From positions 1 through 37,445 of the IMG/VR virus record IMGVR_UViG_3300023081_000042: a stretch of 37,445 nucleotides of DNA. The stretch is one strand, 5' to 3'. The notes beneath the pieces were generated by a model. It was not told the DNA's origin. It did not search any database and saw nothing but the letters and a program-made list of their open reading frames with translations. A program made the translations under genes and the position numbers. Origin of the DNA: a virus (taxonomy: Duplodnaviria; Caudoviricetes). This document shows positions 1 through 8,600 of this stretch, in pieces. Within the stretch, counting starts at the first letter, position 1, and each line of letters starts with the position of its first letter.

Positions 1-176
1 CACACCCGCGCGTACACACACGCGCACACGCGCCCGAAAAAACCCGCCGAAAAAACCCCACCCGGAAAAAAACCCGCCACAAAAAAAGAGGGACGCGGAA
101 AAAACCGCGCCCCCCATGGGAAAAAATAGGGCGGAAAAAAGTCAGGAATTGGCGCGAAAAAATGCCCGCGAAAAAC
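1..176 (+). repeat. Low-complexity CA/CG tract followed by GC-clamped A-tracts
   Basis: cacacccgcgcgtacacacacgcgcacacgcg, then about 9 A5-A7 runs separated by GC blocks. Confidence 0.85.
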
Positions 177-822
177 CAGTTGGCGTATTGGATCTGAGTT
201 CCTTTGTACGCTCAGATTTGCCGCCTAACTTTGCCCACATCCATGATCCGCGCTTGCCGCCCCGTTCATACATGACGGGTTCAACGGGAGACGTTGGAAG
301 GTCTGCATTGAACCTGCCCCATATGCAGGTTTTTTTTGTGTACGCCTCAGAATCAGGATCGTCTGCAAACCCTGCATAATCGCACGGATTGAAGATCAGT
401 CCCCACTTTCCAAGTTCAGGCACAACGGATGCAATCCTGCCAACAGGATTCTCCAATGCCCACACCTTGGGATTGCACAGTTTGACGATCTCAAGGCAAT
501 CCCTGACGATCTGAGCAGACTGCTCCGTGCGCCCGTCTTGGTCTTTGACCTTGAAATGCCTTGCCCCGCTTGAAGCAAAGTCTGTACACGGTACAGCGAT
601 CAGAATTATGTCAAAATCAGGTTTGACGAATCCCTGACGGAGCAGGTTCAGGAATCCACGGGCAGTATCGCCACACCGCATCATGCCATCCTCAAAGGTC
701 CACACGTTTTCCCCGTCAGCAGGTCTGTGCTTTGGGTCTACAAGGAACACGGTGTGTCCTGCGTCAGCGTAGGGCTTTGCCCACTTACCGGAATAATCAC
801 AGAGTGAAAGAACGTTCATCAT
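142..822 (-). CDS. DNA cytosine-C5 methyltransferase-like protein
   Basis: N-terminal VLSLCDYSG (motif I variant), PCT (motif IV catalytic PC), WALENPVG (motif VI). Confidence 0.75.
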   Translation of the reverse strand: MMNVLSLCDYSGKWAKPYADAGHTVFLVDPKHRPADGENVWTFEDGMMRCGDTARGFLNLLRQGFVKPDFDIILIAVPCTDFASSGARHFKVKDQDGRTEQSAQIVRDCLEIVKLCNPKVWALENPVGRIASVVPELGKWGLIFNPCDYAGFADDPDSEAYTKKTCIWGRFNADLPTSPVEPVMYERGGKRGSWMWAKLGGKSERTKELRSNTPTGFSRAFFRANS

Positions 823-1208
823 GCCACCTCTTTTCCTAATGCAAATTTGATATGGTCCGCTGTAAACTTGTACCTGTTGCCATTGCTCAAGTTAATGGCT
901 GAAATAGGATACTTACTGCGCCGTGTGTTGAGTCCCACGATAGAATACTGAGATCCGTTTGAGGTGAACACCTTGTTCAGATCCCCTGCCTCCAATCCGT
1001 AGAACTTCGCCATCTTCAGGAATGTCTCCGCATCTTTGTCCAATACGGTTCCATCCTGATTAATGTCGCTGATCTCAAGTTTTAGCGTGGCATTGGTTTC
1101 GTAATAGGTGCCATTGCCACGCTTGATTTGCACGTTGTGCTTTTTAGCGATTTCCTGAAGTGCAACTTCAATTTCGCTTGCAAGTGTTTCAAGGATTGCT
1201 CTGTTCAT
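819..1208 (-). CDS. Hypothetical phage protein (129 aa; start revised to MNRAILE)
   Basis: GGAGG RBS upstream of ATG at 1208; stop overlaps next start. Confidence 0.8.
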   Translation of the reverse strand: MNRAILETLASEIEVALQEIAKKHNVQIKRGNGTYYETNATLKLEISDINQDGTVLDKDAETFLKMAKFYGLEAGDLNKVFTSNGSQYSIVGLNTRRSKYPISAINLSNGNRYKFTADHIKFALGKEVA

Positions 1209-1230
1209 TGGTCTACGCCTCCGCGTAATG

Positions 1231-1467
1231 TTAGATAATGTTCTGATATACAAGTGAATCGGGGTACTTAGACTTTGCCATGTTGACTGCCGACTCAGCA
1301 ACGGTACGTCTCTTGAATGTGCCAATTTCCAAGAAATCATATGGCACACCGTCCATACGAAAGACAACACACACATTGTAGGCAGAATCGCCTATATGTT
1401 CTGATGGATTGTCTACCACATTGTGGTGCAGGTCCACCATCTGAATTAGGATTTCTGTGGTTTCCAT
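1231..1467 (-). CDS. Hypothetical protein (start revised to METTEIL)
   Basis: GGAGG RBS motif upstream of ATG at 1467; downstream of a consensus promoter. Confidence 0.7.
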   Translation of the reverse strand: METTEILIQMVDLHHNVVDNPSEHIGDSAYNVCVVFRMDGVPYDFLEIGTFKRRTVAESAVNMAKSKYPDSLVYQNII

Positions 1468-1502
1468 TGATCTACGCCTCCGCGTGATTTGATGATGGGT
1501 GA

Positions 1503-1530
1503 AATATAGGCATGGGGTGTCTATTGTCAA
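1503..1530 (-). promoter_or_regulatory. Leftward sigma70-type early promoter
   Basis: Minus strand TTGACA-16 nt-TATATT. Confidence 0.7.
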
Positions 1531-1743
1531 ATTCATCACTCACGACCCCTATGGGACTGTGAATTGTGAAAACGTGCGACAAACTGCAAGCTTGGTCTGA
1601 CCCCGAAGCTCCATGCCCATCTCCAGCTGGACACCAGCACCCAGAAAAAAACCCTGCCCGGAAAAATATCCAGGCAAGATGACCCGGAAAAAACCCCGCC
1701 GGCGCACGAAAAAAAGCCCAACCTTGAGTACAAACGAAATAAT

Positions 1744-1772
1744 TTGTGTGTAGACCTGCCAGGTCTTATACT
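1744..1772 (+). promoter_or_regulatory. Rightward sigma70-type promoter overlapped by an operator-like palindrome
   Basis: TTGTGT-17 nt-TATACT; AGACCTG-C-CAGGTCT at 1752-1766. Confidence 0.6.
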
Positions 1773-1808
1773 TGTCGTGTCACACAACAGCGCGGAGGCG
1801 CAGAAAAA

Positions 1809-2012
1809 ATGAACCTATACGAACGCATGAAACCATCCATCCGGGAAAAACTGGATGATTGTCGGCAGGAATACCCCAACATACACGAGTGGCTCGTAGG
1901 GGAACTGAAAGAGGCCGAGTTCTTCACGGAACTCAGGTACGGCGATGTTATCACGTTGCAGGACACCGTTGGCACCCACATTCATTTCATGTTTGAGGAG
2001 GCGAAAAAATGA
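1809..2012 (+). CDS. Hypothetical protein (67 aa; start MNLYERM)
   Basis: GGAGG RBS; first gene of a tightly coupled rightward operon. Confidence 0.75.
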   Translation: MNLYERMKPSIREKLDDCRQEYPNIHEWLVGELKEAEFFTELRYGDVITLQDTVGTHIHFMFEEAKK

Positions 2013-2236
2013 TTGCACAGATCCTGTACAGTCACAACCTGTTCTTGCCACCCGACCCAACGATACCATGCCGTATCTGCGAGTGCAACGTGTACAGCTA
2101 CGACCAGTTAGAAAACGGTCTATGCGACATATGCGTAGAGGAATACGTCTGCATAGAGTGCGGCGAAGAAATGGGCGAGGATCAAGAAACAGATAAATAC
2201 GGGTACTGCCCGGAGTGTAAAAATGAAAACTCTTAA
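2009..2236 (+). CDS. Small Cys-rich zinc-binding protein
   Basis: Four CxxC pairs; ATGA overlap with upstream gene. Confidence 0.7.
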   Translation: MIAQILYSHNLFLPPDPTIPCRICECNVYSYDQLENGLCDICVEEYVCIECGEEMGEDQETDKYGYCPECKNENS

Positions 2237-2411
2237 ACAAGAGATCAATGAGGCTACCGCCCGATGGGGCGTGAAGCATGACGCAGAAAAATGCCCAGAA
2301 TGCAAGGGTAACGGTTGGTTGGAGGCGTGGGACTATTCCCGCGAGACAGAGTTATCACAGACCTGCTATGCTTGCCGTGGCAAAGGCTACATCATCGTGG
2401 AGGTGTCATGA
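2223..2411 (+). CDS. DnaJ-type zinc-finger mini-protein
   Basis: CPECKGNG and CYACRGKG (CxxCxGxG twice). Confidence 0.75.
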   Translation: MKTLKQEINEATARWGVKHDAEKCPECKGNGWLEAWDYSRETELSQTCYACRGKGYIIVEVS

Positions 2412-2539
2412 TGAGCATCAAGCACCCAGTACCCGAAGATCCAATCACCGAATGGTACTTTTGGGTAGACCAAAAAAAGTCAACCATCAAAAACAAGGTT
2501 AAGTATCTGTTTAGCCGTATATGGAGGCGAAAAAAATGA
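2408..2539 (+). CDS. Hypothetical small protein (43 aa)
   Basis: GGAGG RBS; ATGA overlaps at both ends. Confidence 0.55.
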   Translation: MMSIKHPVPEDPITEWYFWVDQKKSTIKNKVKYLFSRIWRRKK

Positions 2540-2721
2540 CGTTCACAGACTTATTTTCAGCCATAGCAAAGATCCTCGTCATCGTTGCTGTAACAGCCGC
2601 TGTGCTACTTGGAGCAGGATACGTGGGTTACACCATAGGACAGTCAAACGGAGCCGTACAGGGCTACCTGGAGACGATGGATTATCTTAACGGACTACCA
2701 ACATCGGAGGTATGCAAATGA
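2536..2721 (+). CDS. Small single-pass membrane protein
   Basis: Hydrophobic ILVIVAVTAAVLLGAGYVGY; RBS and ATGA coupling. Confidence 0.7.
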   Translation: MTFTDLFSAIAKILVIVAVTAAVLLGAGYVGYTIGQSNGAVQGYLETMDYLNGLPTSEVCK

Positions 2722-3230
2722 GCGGAATAGTAAAGATTCATGGCAAGTCATATAAGACCGTAGCCCTGCGGGTTGCAGAGTTTAGACAGGAGTACACGGT
2801 AAGCGATGGATGGGGCATCATCACAACGCTGATGCATCACGATGAGGACACGGTGGTAATGAAGGCAGAGATCGTGAACCCTGCGGGCATGGTCGTAGGT
2901 ACTGGGCATGGCGAGGAAAAAAGGTCTGCCAGTCAGATCAATCGCACCAGTGCTATGGAAAATGCGGAAACGAGTGCGATTGGTCGCTGTCTCGCAACGA
3001 TCTCAGCAGGTCTGCAAGGGACGGAATTTGCGAGTGCCGATGAATTGGCGAATGCCATAGGTCAGCAGAGGGGCGGCGGAAAAAGAGCCGCATCTGACAA
3101 GCAGAAGAAGTTCCTGCACAGCCTCATCCTGAAGTTACCGAAGGGACAGCAAGCCGCCTACATTGATAAGGCGAAGGAAGGCGATGCACAGACCATTTCA
3201 AACCTTATTGAGGAGCTAAAAAATGGCTGA
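2718..3230 (+). CDS. Putative ssDNA-annealing protein (Rad52/Sak-like)
   Basis: ENAETSAIGRCLA motif; C-terminal ASDKQKKFL motif; same operon as RecE-like exonuclease. Confidence 0.55.
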   Translation: MSGIVKIHGKSYKTVALRVAEFRQEYTVSDGWGIITTLMHHDEDTVVMKAEIVNPAGMVVGTGHGEEKRSASQINRTSAMENAETSAIGRCLATISAGLQGTEFASADELANAIGQQRGGGKRAASDKQKKFLHSLILKLPKGQQAAYIDKAKEGDAQTISNLIEELKNG

Positions 3231-4014
3231 GAACTTGGCATGGATCAAGTTCTTCGTGGGGGATTGGCGTAGGGACCCGAAGGTCGCTATGCTGTCAGCG
3301 GCAGGTCGCGGTGCGTGGTTGGAAATGATTCTGACCATGCACGACCTGGCTGACTTCAAGATAGAAGGCACGGTGCGAGAGATCGCACGTATGTGTCACC
3401 TTGATATGGCAGAAGTCCAGTCAGCCCTACAAGAACTGGAAAGGCACGAAGTTGCCGAAGTAGAGTGGCGTAACGATTCCGTTACGGGTGAGGCAATTGT
3501 AACAGTCGTGTCACGCCGTCTTGAGAGGGAGGAAAAAACCCGTTCAGATGCACGGGAACGCCAAAAAAAGTACAGAGAGAAAAAGAAGTCACAAGAGAAT
3601 AACAAAGAACTTCCTTCTGACTCTGACTCTGACTCTGATTCTAATAAGAATAAAAAGGTATACAAAGCACAGACGGCAACATACCGCCCAGCAAAAAAAG
3701 AGATAGAGGGCATCTATCGGGCTTATCCGCGAAAGGTGGGGAAAAAGTACGCATTGGCAAAGATTGAAGAAGCCTTAATCAGCCTTTACAAGGAAACTGG
3801 CGAGGACAGTTTTAGCTTTCTGATTGAAAGAACACGAATGTTTGCTAACAGCCCAGCAGGAAAAGCCGGGACGTACACGCCACACCCGGCAACATGGTAC
3901 AATCAGGGTAGGTACTTGGATGACCCCAAGGAATGGTACATTCAGGAGATACCTGACAAGAAAAAGCCCAAACAAGAACAAGTAAAAGTAAGCCGGGGGT
4001 CTTTCATGGTATGA
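3223..4014 (+). CDS. Phage replication initiator / replisome organizer
   Basis: N-terminal WIKFFVGDW..LSAAGRGAW (YdaU/DUF1376-like), RERQKKYRE linker, C-terminal AYPRKVGK and HPATWYNQGRYLD. Confidence 0.75.
   Translation: MAENLAWIKFFVGDWRRDPKVAMLSAAGRGAWLEMILTMHDLADFKIEGTVREIARMCHLDMAEVQSALQELERHEVAEVEWRNDSVTGEAIVTVVSRRLEREEKTRSDARERQKKYREKKKSQENNKELPSDSDSDSDSNKNKKVYKAQTATYRPAKKEIEGIYRAYPRKVGKKYALAKIEEALISLYKETGEDSFSFLIERTRMFANSPAGKAGTYTPHPATWYNQGRYLDDPKEWYIQEIPDKKKPKQEQVKVSRGSFMV
3616..3638 (+). repeat. (TCTGAC)n hexamer repeat encoding SDSDSDSDS
   Basis: tctgactctgactctgactctga within the initiator linker. Confidence 0.85.
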
Positions 4015-4223
4015 GCGATTACAAAGAAAGACTTTGGACACAGCGATTGAGAAAGGGGTACAGCCGCAAGCAGTTGGGCAAGATGATCGGCAAGTACGGA
4101 GACTCTATCAAGGACTGGGAGACTGGCCGATTTGCTCCGAGCAACTTTCTTGACTATATTCGGTGGTGCCGTGCGCTTGACATGGACCCGATGAAAACCA
4201 TAGATGACGATGAATCACTTTGA
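4011..4223 (+). CDS. XRE/Cro-family HTH regulator
   Basis: RLRKGYSRKQLGKMIG..SIKDWETGRFAP pattern. Confidence 0.85.
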   Translation: MSDYKERLWTQRLRKGYSRKQLGKMIGKYGDSIKDWETGRFAPSNFLDYIRWCRALDMDPMKTIDDDESL

Positions 4224-4641
4224 AGAGTTTAGAAAAGAGGCAGAGGCCGCCTGTTGGCGCGTAACAGGAAAAACCGTTGAGGAGTGGGATACCATCTTTG
4301 CCAATCGCCGTGCAAGCGGACTGCGCAGCGGAAAACTGTCGCATGATCGGATTATGACAGAGTGGGAGGCAGAAAAGACCAGGGGCTATTACGGATTGCA
4401 GGATGGCGATATAGAGCGCATTCTTATTAAGCCATACAATCACAGCGTGACTGCATCTATTTGCTATCGCGGTGATGATGGCAACCCAGCCCTGCCTGTT
4501 GTTTTCTGCGATGACATTGATCTATGGCAGAGAATACGAAGCAAGGGTAATCAGGGACTTGAAAATGCAATGGGGACTGAGGTGGTAATTGCCATCGCAT
4601 ATCGTCCCGTATCGGACTTAAACAACAGGAGGTTTGAATGA
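4204..4641 (+). CDS. Hypothetical protein
   Basis: Fills operon, overlapping both neighbours. Confidence 0.7.
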   Translation: MTMNHFEEFRKEAEAACWRVTGKTVEEWDTIFANRRASGLRSGKLSHDRIMTEWEAEKTRGYYGLQDGDIERILIKPYNHSVTASICYRGDDGNPALPVVFCDDIDLWQRIRSKGNQGLENAMGTEVVIAIAYRPVSDLNNRRFE

Positions 4642-5570
4642 CACTTACTGAAATTGTGGGCGGAAACCCGTTCAAGAACATACAGCGACTTGACATCAGT
4701 CAAGAGGAATACTTTGCAATTGATGCGTACAGCAGTACAGACCTGCGTACCCTATATGCAGACCGTGGTCAGCCCTACGGCATGGCGCAGAAAAAAGCAG
4801 GTGACTACGTAGAGACGGATGCCATGCTGCTTGGATCGGCGATTGACTGCATGATCACAGAGCCAAAGGAGTTTGACAACCGATTTGTAGAGGCTCCACG
4901 TTCTGCCGTCACTCCAAACACGGCGTTGCAACAAAAGGTGTGCGATGAGATCCTTAGTGGCACCGACCCGGCAGAGGCACACGCCATGTACTACAAGAAC
5001 AGCGGCGAGAAGGCCGTTGCCCAGTTCATGGAGTCTTTTGAGAACTATATCGCCCTGAACAAGCTCGTAAACCTTGGCGAAGGCACACCGCGTCGCATAC
5101 TATCAGCCGATCTTGCAGAACGTGCGCGAGAAGCCGTCTCAGCGGCCCGTCAGCACACGCAGTTCGTAGAGATAGTCAAGGGTAGCGACAAGCAGGTTGC
5201 GTTCGTTGCAGAGGCATTTGGAGTGCAATGGAAGGGCCTACTGGATTTCTACCGCCCTGGTTACGTGACAGACCTCAAGACAACATCTGATTTCCTTGGC
5301 ATAAGGAGCAACTTTAACCGCCGCGCCTATGCCATTCAGATGCGCCTTTACTCATGGCTTGCGGAGGCTCACACGGCAGAGCATTTCTACATTGAGACGC
5401 AGGAGCCATACAGGACGAAGCTGACCGATGAGCCAACGGAGTTGATGAATGAGGAGTTCTGGACAGAAAAAACGCTTGAGATGATGCAACGCATCGCTCA
5501 TCACCACAAAAGCGGCGACTGGCTGCATAGCATGGAGTACCATACCAATGGTGGATATGAACGCCTTTAA
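4638..5570 (+). CDS. PD-(D/E)XK exonuclease, RecE/ExoVIII (DUF3799)-like
   Basis: YSSTDL, AMLLGSAID, KGLLDF, TDLKTT, YAIQMRLY motifs. Confidence 0.85.
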   Translation: MTLTEIVGGNPFKNIQRLDISQEEYFAIDAYSSTDLRTLYADRGQPYGMAQKKAGDYVETDAMLLGSAIDCMITEPKEFDNRFVEAPRSAVTPNTALQQKVCDEILSGTDPAEAHAMYYKNSGEKAVAQFMESFENYIALNKLVNLGEGTPRRILSADLAERAREAVSAARQHTQFVEIVKGSDKQVAFVAEAFGVQWKGLLDFYRPGYVTDLKTTSDFLGIRSNFNRRAYAIQMRLYSWLAEAHTAEHFYIETQEPYRTKLTDEPTELMNEEFWTEKTLEMMQRIAHHHKSGDWLHSMEYHTNGGYERL

Positions 5571-5772
5571 TATGTACCTCAAAGCGGTGCTGATGCTCTT
5601 ATCCATAGGCATCTTGGCTATCGTCTTTGTTACCTTCGTTCGCGTAGTGTGGATGCTGTCATGGCTCCTTTTTGGGACTGTGGGCGCATACGTCCTAACC
5701 GTGCTGGCAATTTTATCAATGGCATATACAATCTATGGCTACCAAGCAGAAGCAACGCGGGAATCAGGCTGA
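5557..5772 (+). CDS. Small two-TM membrane protein
   Basis: Two hydrophobic segments; lies in operon. Confidence 0.6.
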   Translation: MNAFNMYLKAVLMLLSIGILAIVFVTFVRVVWMLSWLLFGTVGAYVLTVLAILSMAYTIYGYQAEATRESG

Positions 5773-6124
5773 GAAGTACGTCATTGACACAGCCCTTGAA
5801 AAGGGCATAGAGTCGCAACGTGCCTGGGGAAGCGATGGCAGGAGCATGGGTCTTACCGCCGCTGATGACGGCCTGATAGGCTGGTATCGCTGGCAGTGTA
5901 AGCGGTTCATGCACAAGTATGTGCCGAAGTGGTTTATCACCAATGTGATAGAGTATCTATCTGGCGACATTGACATCGTGACCATCTACGTGGATAAGGC
6001 CAAGGGGCACCCAAGGAAGGTCTACGTAGTGCAAGAGTACGAGTCTTGGCTCAACCTAAAGAGAATGGCAACGCTATATGGCAAGCCTGACGATAGAGAT
6101 GGTGGACGGACCCCGGAAGGGTGA
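5735..6124 (+). CDS. Putative Holliday junction resolvase (Hjc-like PD-(D/E)XK)
   Basis: KQRGNQAE, RAWGSDG, DGLI, QCKR motifs. Confidence 0.65.
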   Translation: MATKQKQRGNQAEKYVIDTALEKGIESQRAWGSDGRSMGLTAADDGLIGWYRWQCKRFMHKYVPKWFITNVIEYLSGDIDIVTIYVDKAKGHPRKVYVVQEYESWLNLKRMATLYGKPDDRDGGRTPEG

Positions 6125-6293
6125 CTCCATTACGCTCAAGAACTCATGGGAATATCCGGAGGTGCATCTTGCACCATACAAGGATGAGAATGGCGATATG
6201 AAGATCGCTGAATACCGGGCGGAAAGACTGCCCGGAAACGTCTTAAAAAAGGAGGGATCAAAAATTGTCTACCGACACACTAAAGGCACATGA
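6078..6293 (+). CDS. Hypothetical protein
   Basis: ORF in operon; VDGPRKG motif. Confidence 0.6.
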   Translation: MASLTIEMVDGPRKGDSITLKNSWEYPEVHLAPYKDENGDMKIAEYRAERLPGNVLKKEGSKIVYRHTKGT

Positions 6294-6669
6294 GACTGTA
6301 TTTATCAGCCGTGCCTGTAAAAAGGCTATTAAGCTGGCATATGCAGACCTTGTCGTAATGAAGAAAGCATACCTTGAGGCAAAGACTTACTGGAAGGGTC
6401 CAGTCATCAAGGAAGATGAGAAGGAAAAAATAAAAACGGCAGCAGAGCACTATTGGTACTGGAAGGGGTCAGCCGACACCATTGAAAGCATAATCAGCAC
6501 AAACCAAAGACATATGTTTGATGAATTGAAACAGATGGGGCTGGACAAAAAGATGCTGTACATCATGTATGGCGCAAAGGTGTATGCCGACTACTACGAT
6601 GCAGTAGTGGCTGGAACTGAGGCTCCACTGGATTTTAAGGTTAGCAAGGAGGCATCTGAAGATGAGTAG
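6265..6669 (+). CDS. Hypothetical protein
   Basis: 134-aa ORF in operon; start uncertain. Confidence 0.65.
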   Translation: MSTDTLKAHETVFISRACKKAIKLAYADLVVMKKAYLEAKTYWKGPVIKEDEKEKIKTAAEHYWYWKGSADTIESIISTNQRHMFDELKQMGLDKKMLYIMYGAKVYADYYDAVVAGTEAPLDFKVSKEASEDE

Positions 6670-7018
6670 CGAATCATATATCAATGACTATGTGCGTTTC
6701 AGGACGGCTATACAAGCAGCATCAAATGTCACTGGCATAAAAAGGGAGCATATCCTTGGCAGAAGGAGGCTGCGCCGTTATGCAGATGCAAGGCAAATGG
6801 CAATGCAGATTGTAAGGCAGTCAACAAAACTAAACCTTACTGACATAGGGAGACTGTTTGACAGGGATCACTCAACAGTCATTCATGCAACAAACTCTGT
6901 AAAAAACCTTATAAGCATATCAGGCGATTACAGGGATGAGTTCAATCACATTCTGGGTGAGTATGATAGGCTTATGAAGGAGCTGCAACCAGATCCGATA
7001 GATGTAATCGCAGAATGA
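6662..7018 (+). CDS. Stand-alone DnaA C-terminal (domain IV) HTH protein
   Basis: ARQMAM..LTDIGRLFDRDHSTVIHA matches the Bac_DnaA_C signature. Confidence 0.85.
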   Translation: MSSESYINDYVRFRTAIQAASNVTGIKREHILGRRRLRRYADARQMAMQIVRQSTKLNLTDIGRLFDRDHSTVIHATNSVKNLISISGDYRDEFNHILGEYDRLMKELQPDPIDVIAE

Positions 7019-7470
7019 AAGGTGACAAGGCGTTTGTACGCGATATAAAAAGAAGTGAGCTGTCTGTACAAAAAGTGCTTCGGGAGATACACAGCATGGG
7101 CTATAAGGCCCATGCCCCGAAGACGGTAATCTCACCAACCTATGAAAGCAGATGGGACTACGTTGACGACGGCGACATCCATATGGAGGATGGCAGGATT
7201 GTCCAGGTCAAGCACAGCCGAACGGACTTTACGTGGAGCTGGCCTTATAAGGACATGATAGTGGACGAATGGTACAAGGCTTTTAAATATGCTCCAAACG
7301 TTGAGTATATCATTGTAAACCCTCCTATGACACACTACATTGTAGTACATGGGTCAACGCATGAGATGTGGAAGCACAAGAAATTGTTTGACCGCACCTA
7401 CCAGGCAAAAAGGGAGTTTGCAATGGCTCCGAAGTCAATACTAAACCACTACCAATTCCGCCACGAATGA
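7015..7470 (+). CDS. Hypothetical protein, possible PD-(D/E)XK fold
   Basis: DDGDI..VQVKH spacing resembles the nuclease core. Confidence 0.55.
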   Translation: MKGDKAFVRDIKRSELSVQKVLREIHSMGYKAHAPKTVISPTYESRWDYVDDGDIHMEDGRIVQVKHSRTDFTWSWPYKDMIVDEWYKAFKYAPNVEYIIVNPPMTHYIVVHGSTHEMWKHKKLFDRTYQAKREFAMAPKSILNHYQFRHE

Positions 7471-7624
7471 TGATGGCATATAAGCAAGATGTCATTAAGC
7501 CGTCAAAACTGAAGAGAAAGCACAGAAAATGACGCTTATATCTTCAAATAGGATGAAATAGCACTACACAAAAGCAAGCACCTACACTACAAACATGATT
7601 GTATACCAAATTCCAGAATAGGAA

Positions 7625-7969
7625 ATGACAAAAAAGGAATATCAGCAGATGATGGAGGAGACTCTTGCTGAGATACAGCAGATTCTCCATGCAAAGAACC
7701 ACGACTACACGGCAGGATCACCAGACCCGTTTGCCAACTTCCGCCTTGCGGAACTGGAGGGCGTAGATCCTGTCAAAGGGGTGATGGTACGGGTTTCCGA
7801 CAAGATGCAGCGTCTGAGAGCCTTTATAAGAAGCGGAAAACTGCTTGTAAAGGGCGAATCCTTTGAGGATGCCATACATGACATCATCGGCTACATGATC
7901 CTTATCAAGGGGATGCTAATACAGAAAAGCAATGACAAAGATCGGGATAGCAGTACCAGTCTGGGGTAG
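7625..7969 (+). CDS. DUF1599 / nucleotide-modification-associated all-alpha protein
   Basis: KNHDY, DPFANF, VRVSDKMQRL, ESFEDAIHDIIGY. Confidence 0.75.
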   Translation: MTKKEYQQMMEETLAEIQQILHAKNHDYTAGSPDPFANFRLAELEGVDPVKGVMVRVSDKMQRLRAFIRSGKLLVKGESFEDAIHDIIGYMILIKGMLIQKSNDKDRDSSTSLG

Positions 7970-8600
7970 GCCCCGGATGCGCTACGCATTTCTAAAGCAC
8001 ATGAAGGAACACGAGGCTCATGCCGCACAACGCGGTCTGGGCCTTCGTACATATGTGGCTGGCTCAGAAGGGCATGAGACATGCAGTGAGGCACAGAACC
8101 TTGGTCATCACTACGTGGAGATAGCCAATGATCCGCTTGGTGCCAAGTTCAACGCAGCCGTCAACATGGCTTTGGAGGATGGCGTGGACTACGTGCTGAT
8201 TATGGGGTCAGACACCTTTTTTATGCCGAGCCTATGGGACCAGTACCGTGACCTTATTCGCTTAGGCATGAAGTATGTTGGCATCCGCGACCTGTATATG
8301 TGGGACTGGAACAACAACGATGCAAGGTACTGGGAGGGATACAGGGGAGATCGCTTTTTAGAGCCGATAGGATGTGGTAGGCTGATACACAAGTCGCTGA
8401 TCAAGGGCGATCTGTTTGACAACCACCGTAATAAGTCATTAGATGCGTCTGCGTCACGCCGTTTGCCCAAGGCAACAGTTATATCGTGCCGCCAAGACCT
8501 GCTTGTGTCATGCAAGGAGGAACTATCCATTACACCTATTACGCGCTTCCCAGACGCGGAGCGAGTAGACCACACCATGTTTACACCCCTGATACCATGA
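7932..8600 (+). CDS. GT-A fold (GT2-like) glycosyltransferase
   Basis: IGIAVPVWGR, LGAKFNAA, YVLIMGSD, IGCGR. Confidence 0.75.
   Translation: MTKIGIAVPVWGRPRMRYAFLKHMKEHEAHAAQRGLGLRTYVAGSEGHETCSEAQNLGHHYVEIANDPLGAKFNAAVNMALEDGVDYVLIMGSDTFFMPSLWDQYRDLIRLGMKYVGIRDLYMWDWNNNDARYWEGYRGDRFLEPIGCGRLIHKSLIKGDLFDNHRNKSLDASASRRLPKATVISCRQDLLVSCKEELSITPITRFPDAERVDHTMFTPLIP

Noticed and set aside
1-176. CRISPR array
   Set aside because: Repeats are short, degenerate and lack regular unique spacers
7467-7625. Short ORFs in the gap before the DUF1599-like gene
   Set aside because: About 20 codons with no supporting motif; cannot be supported
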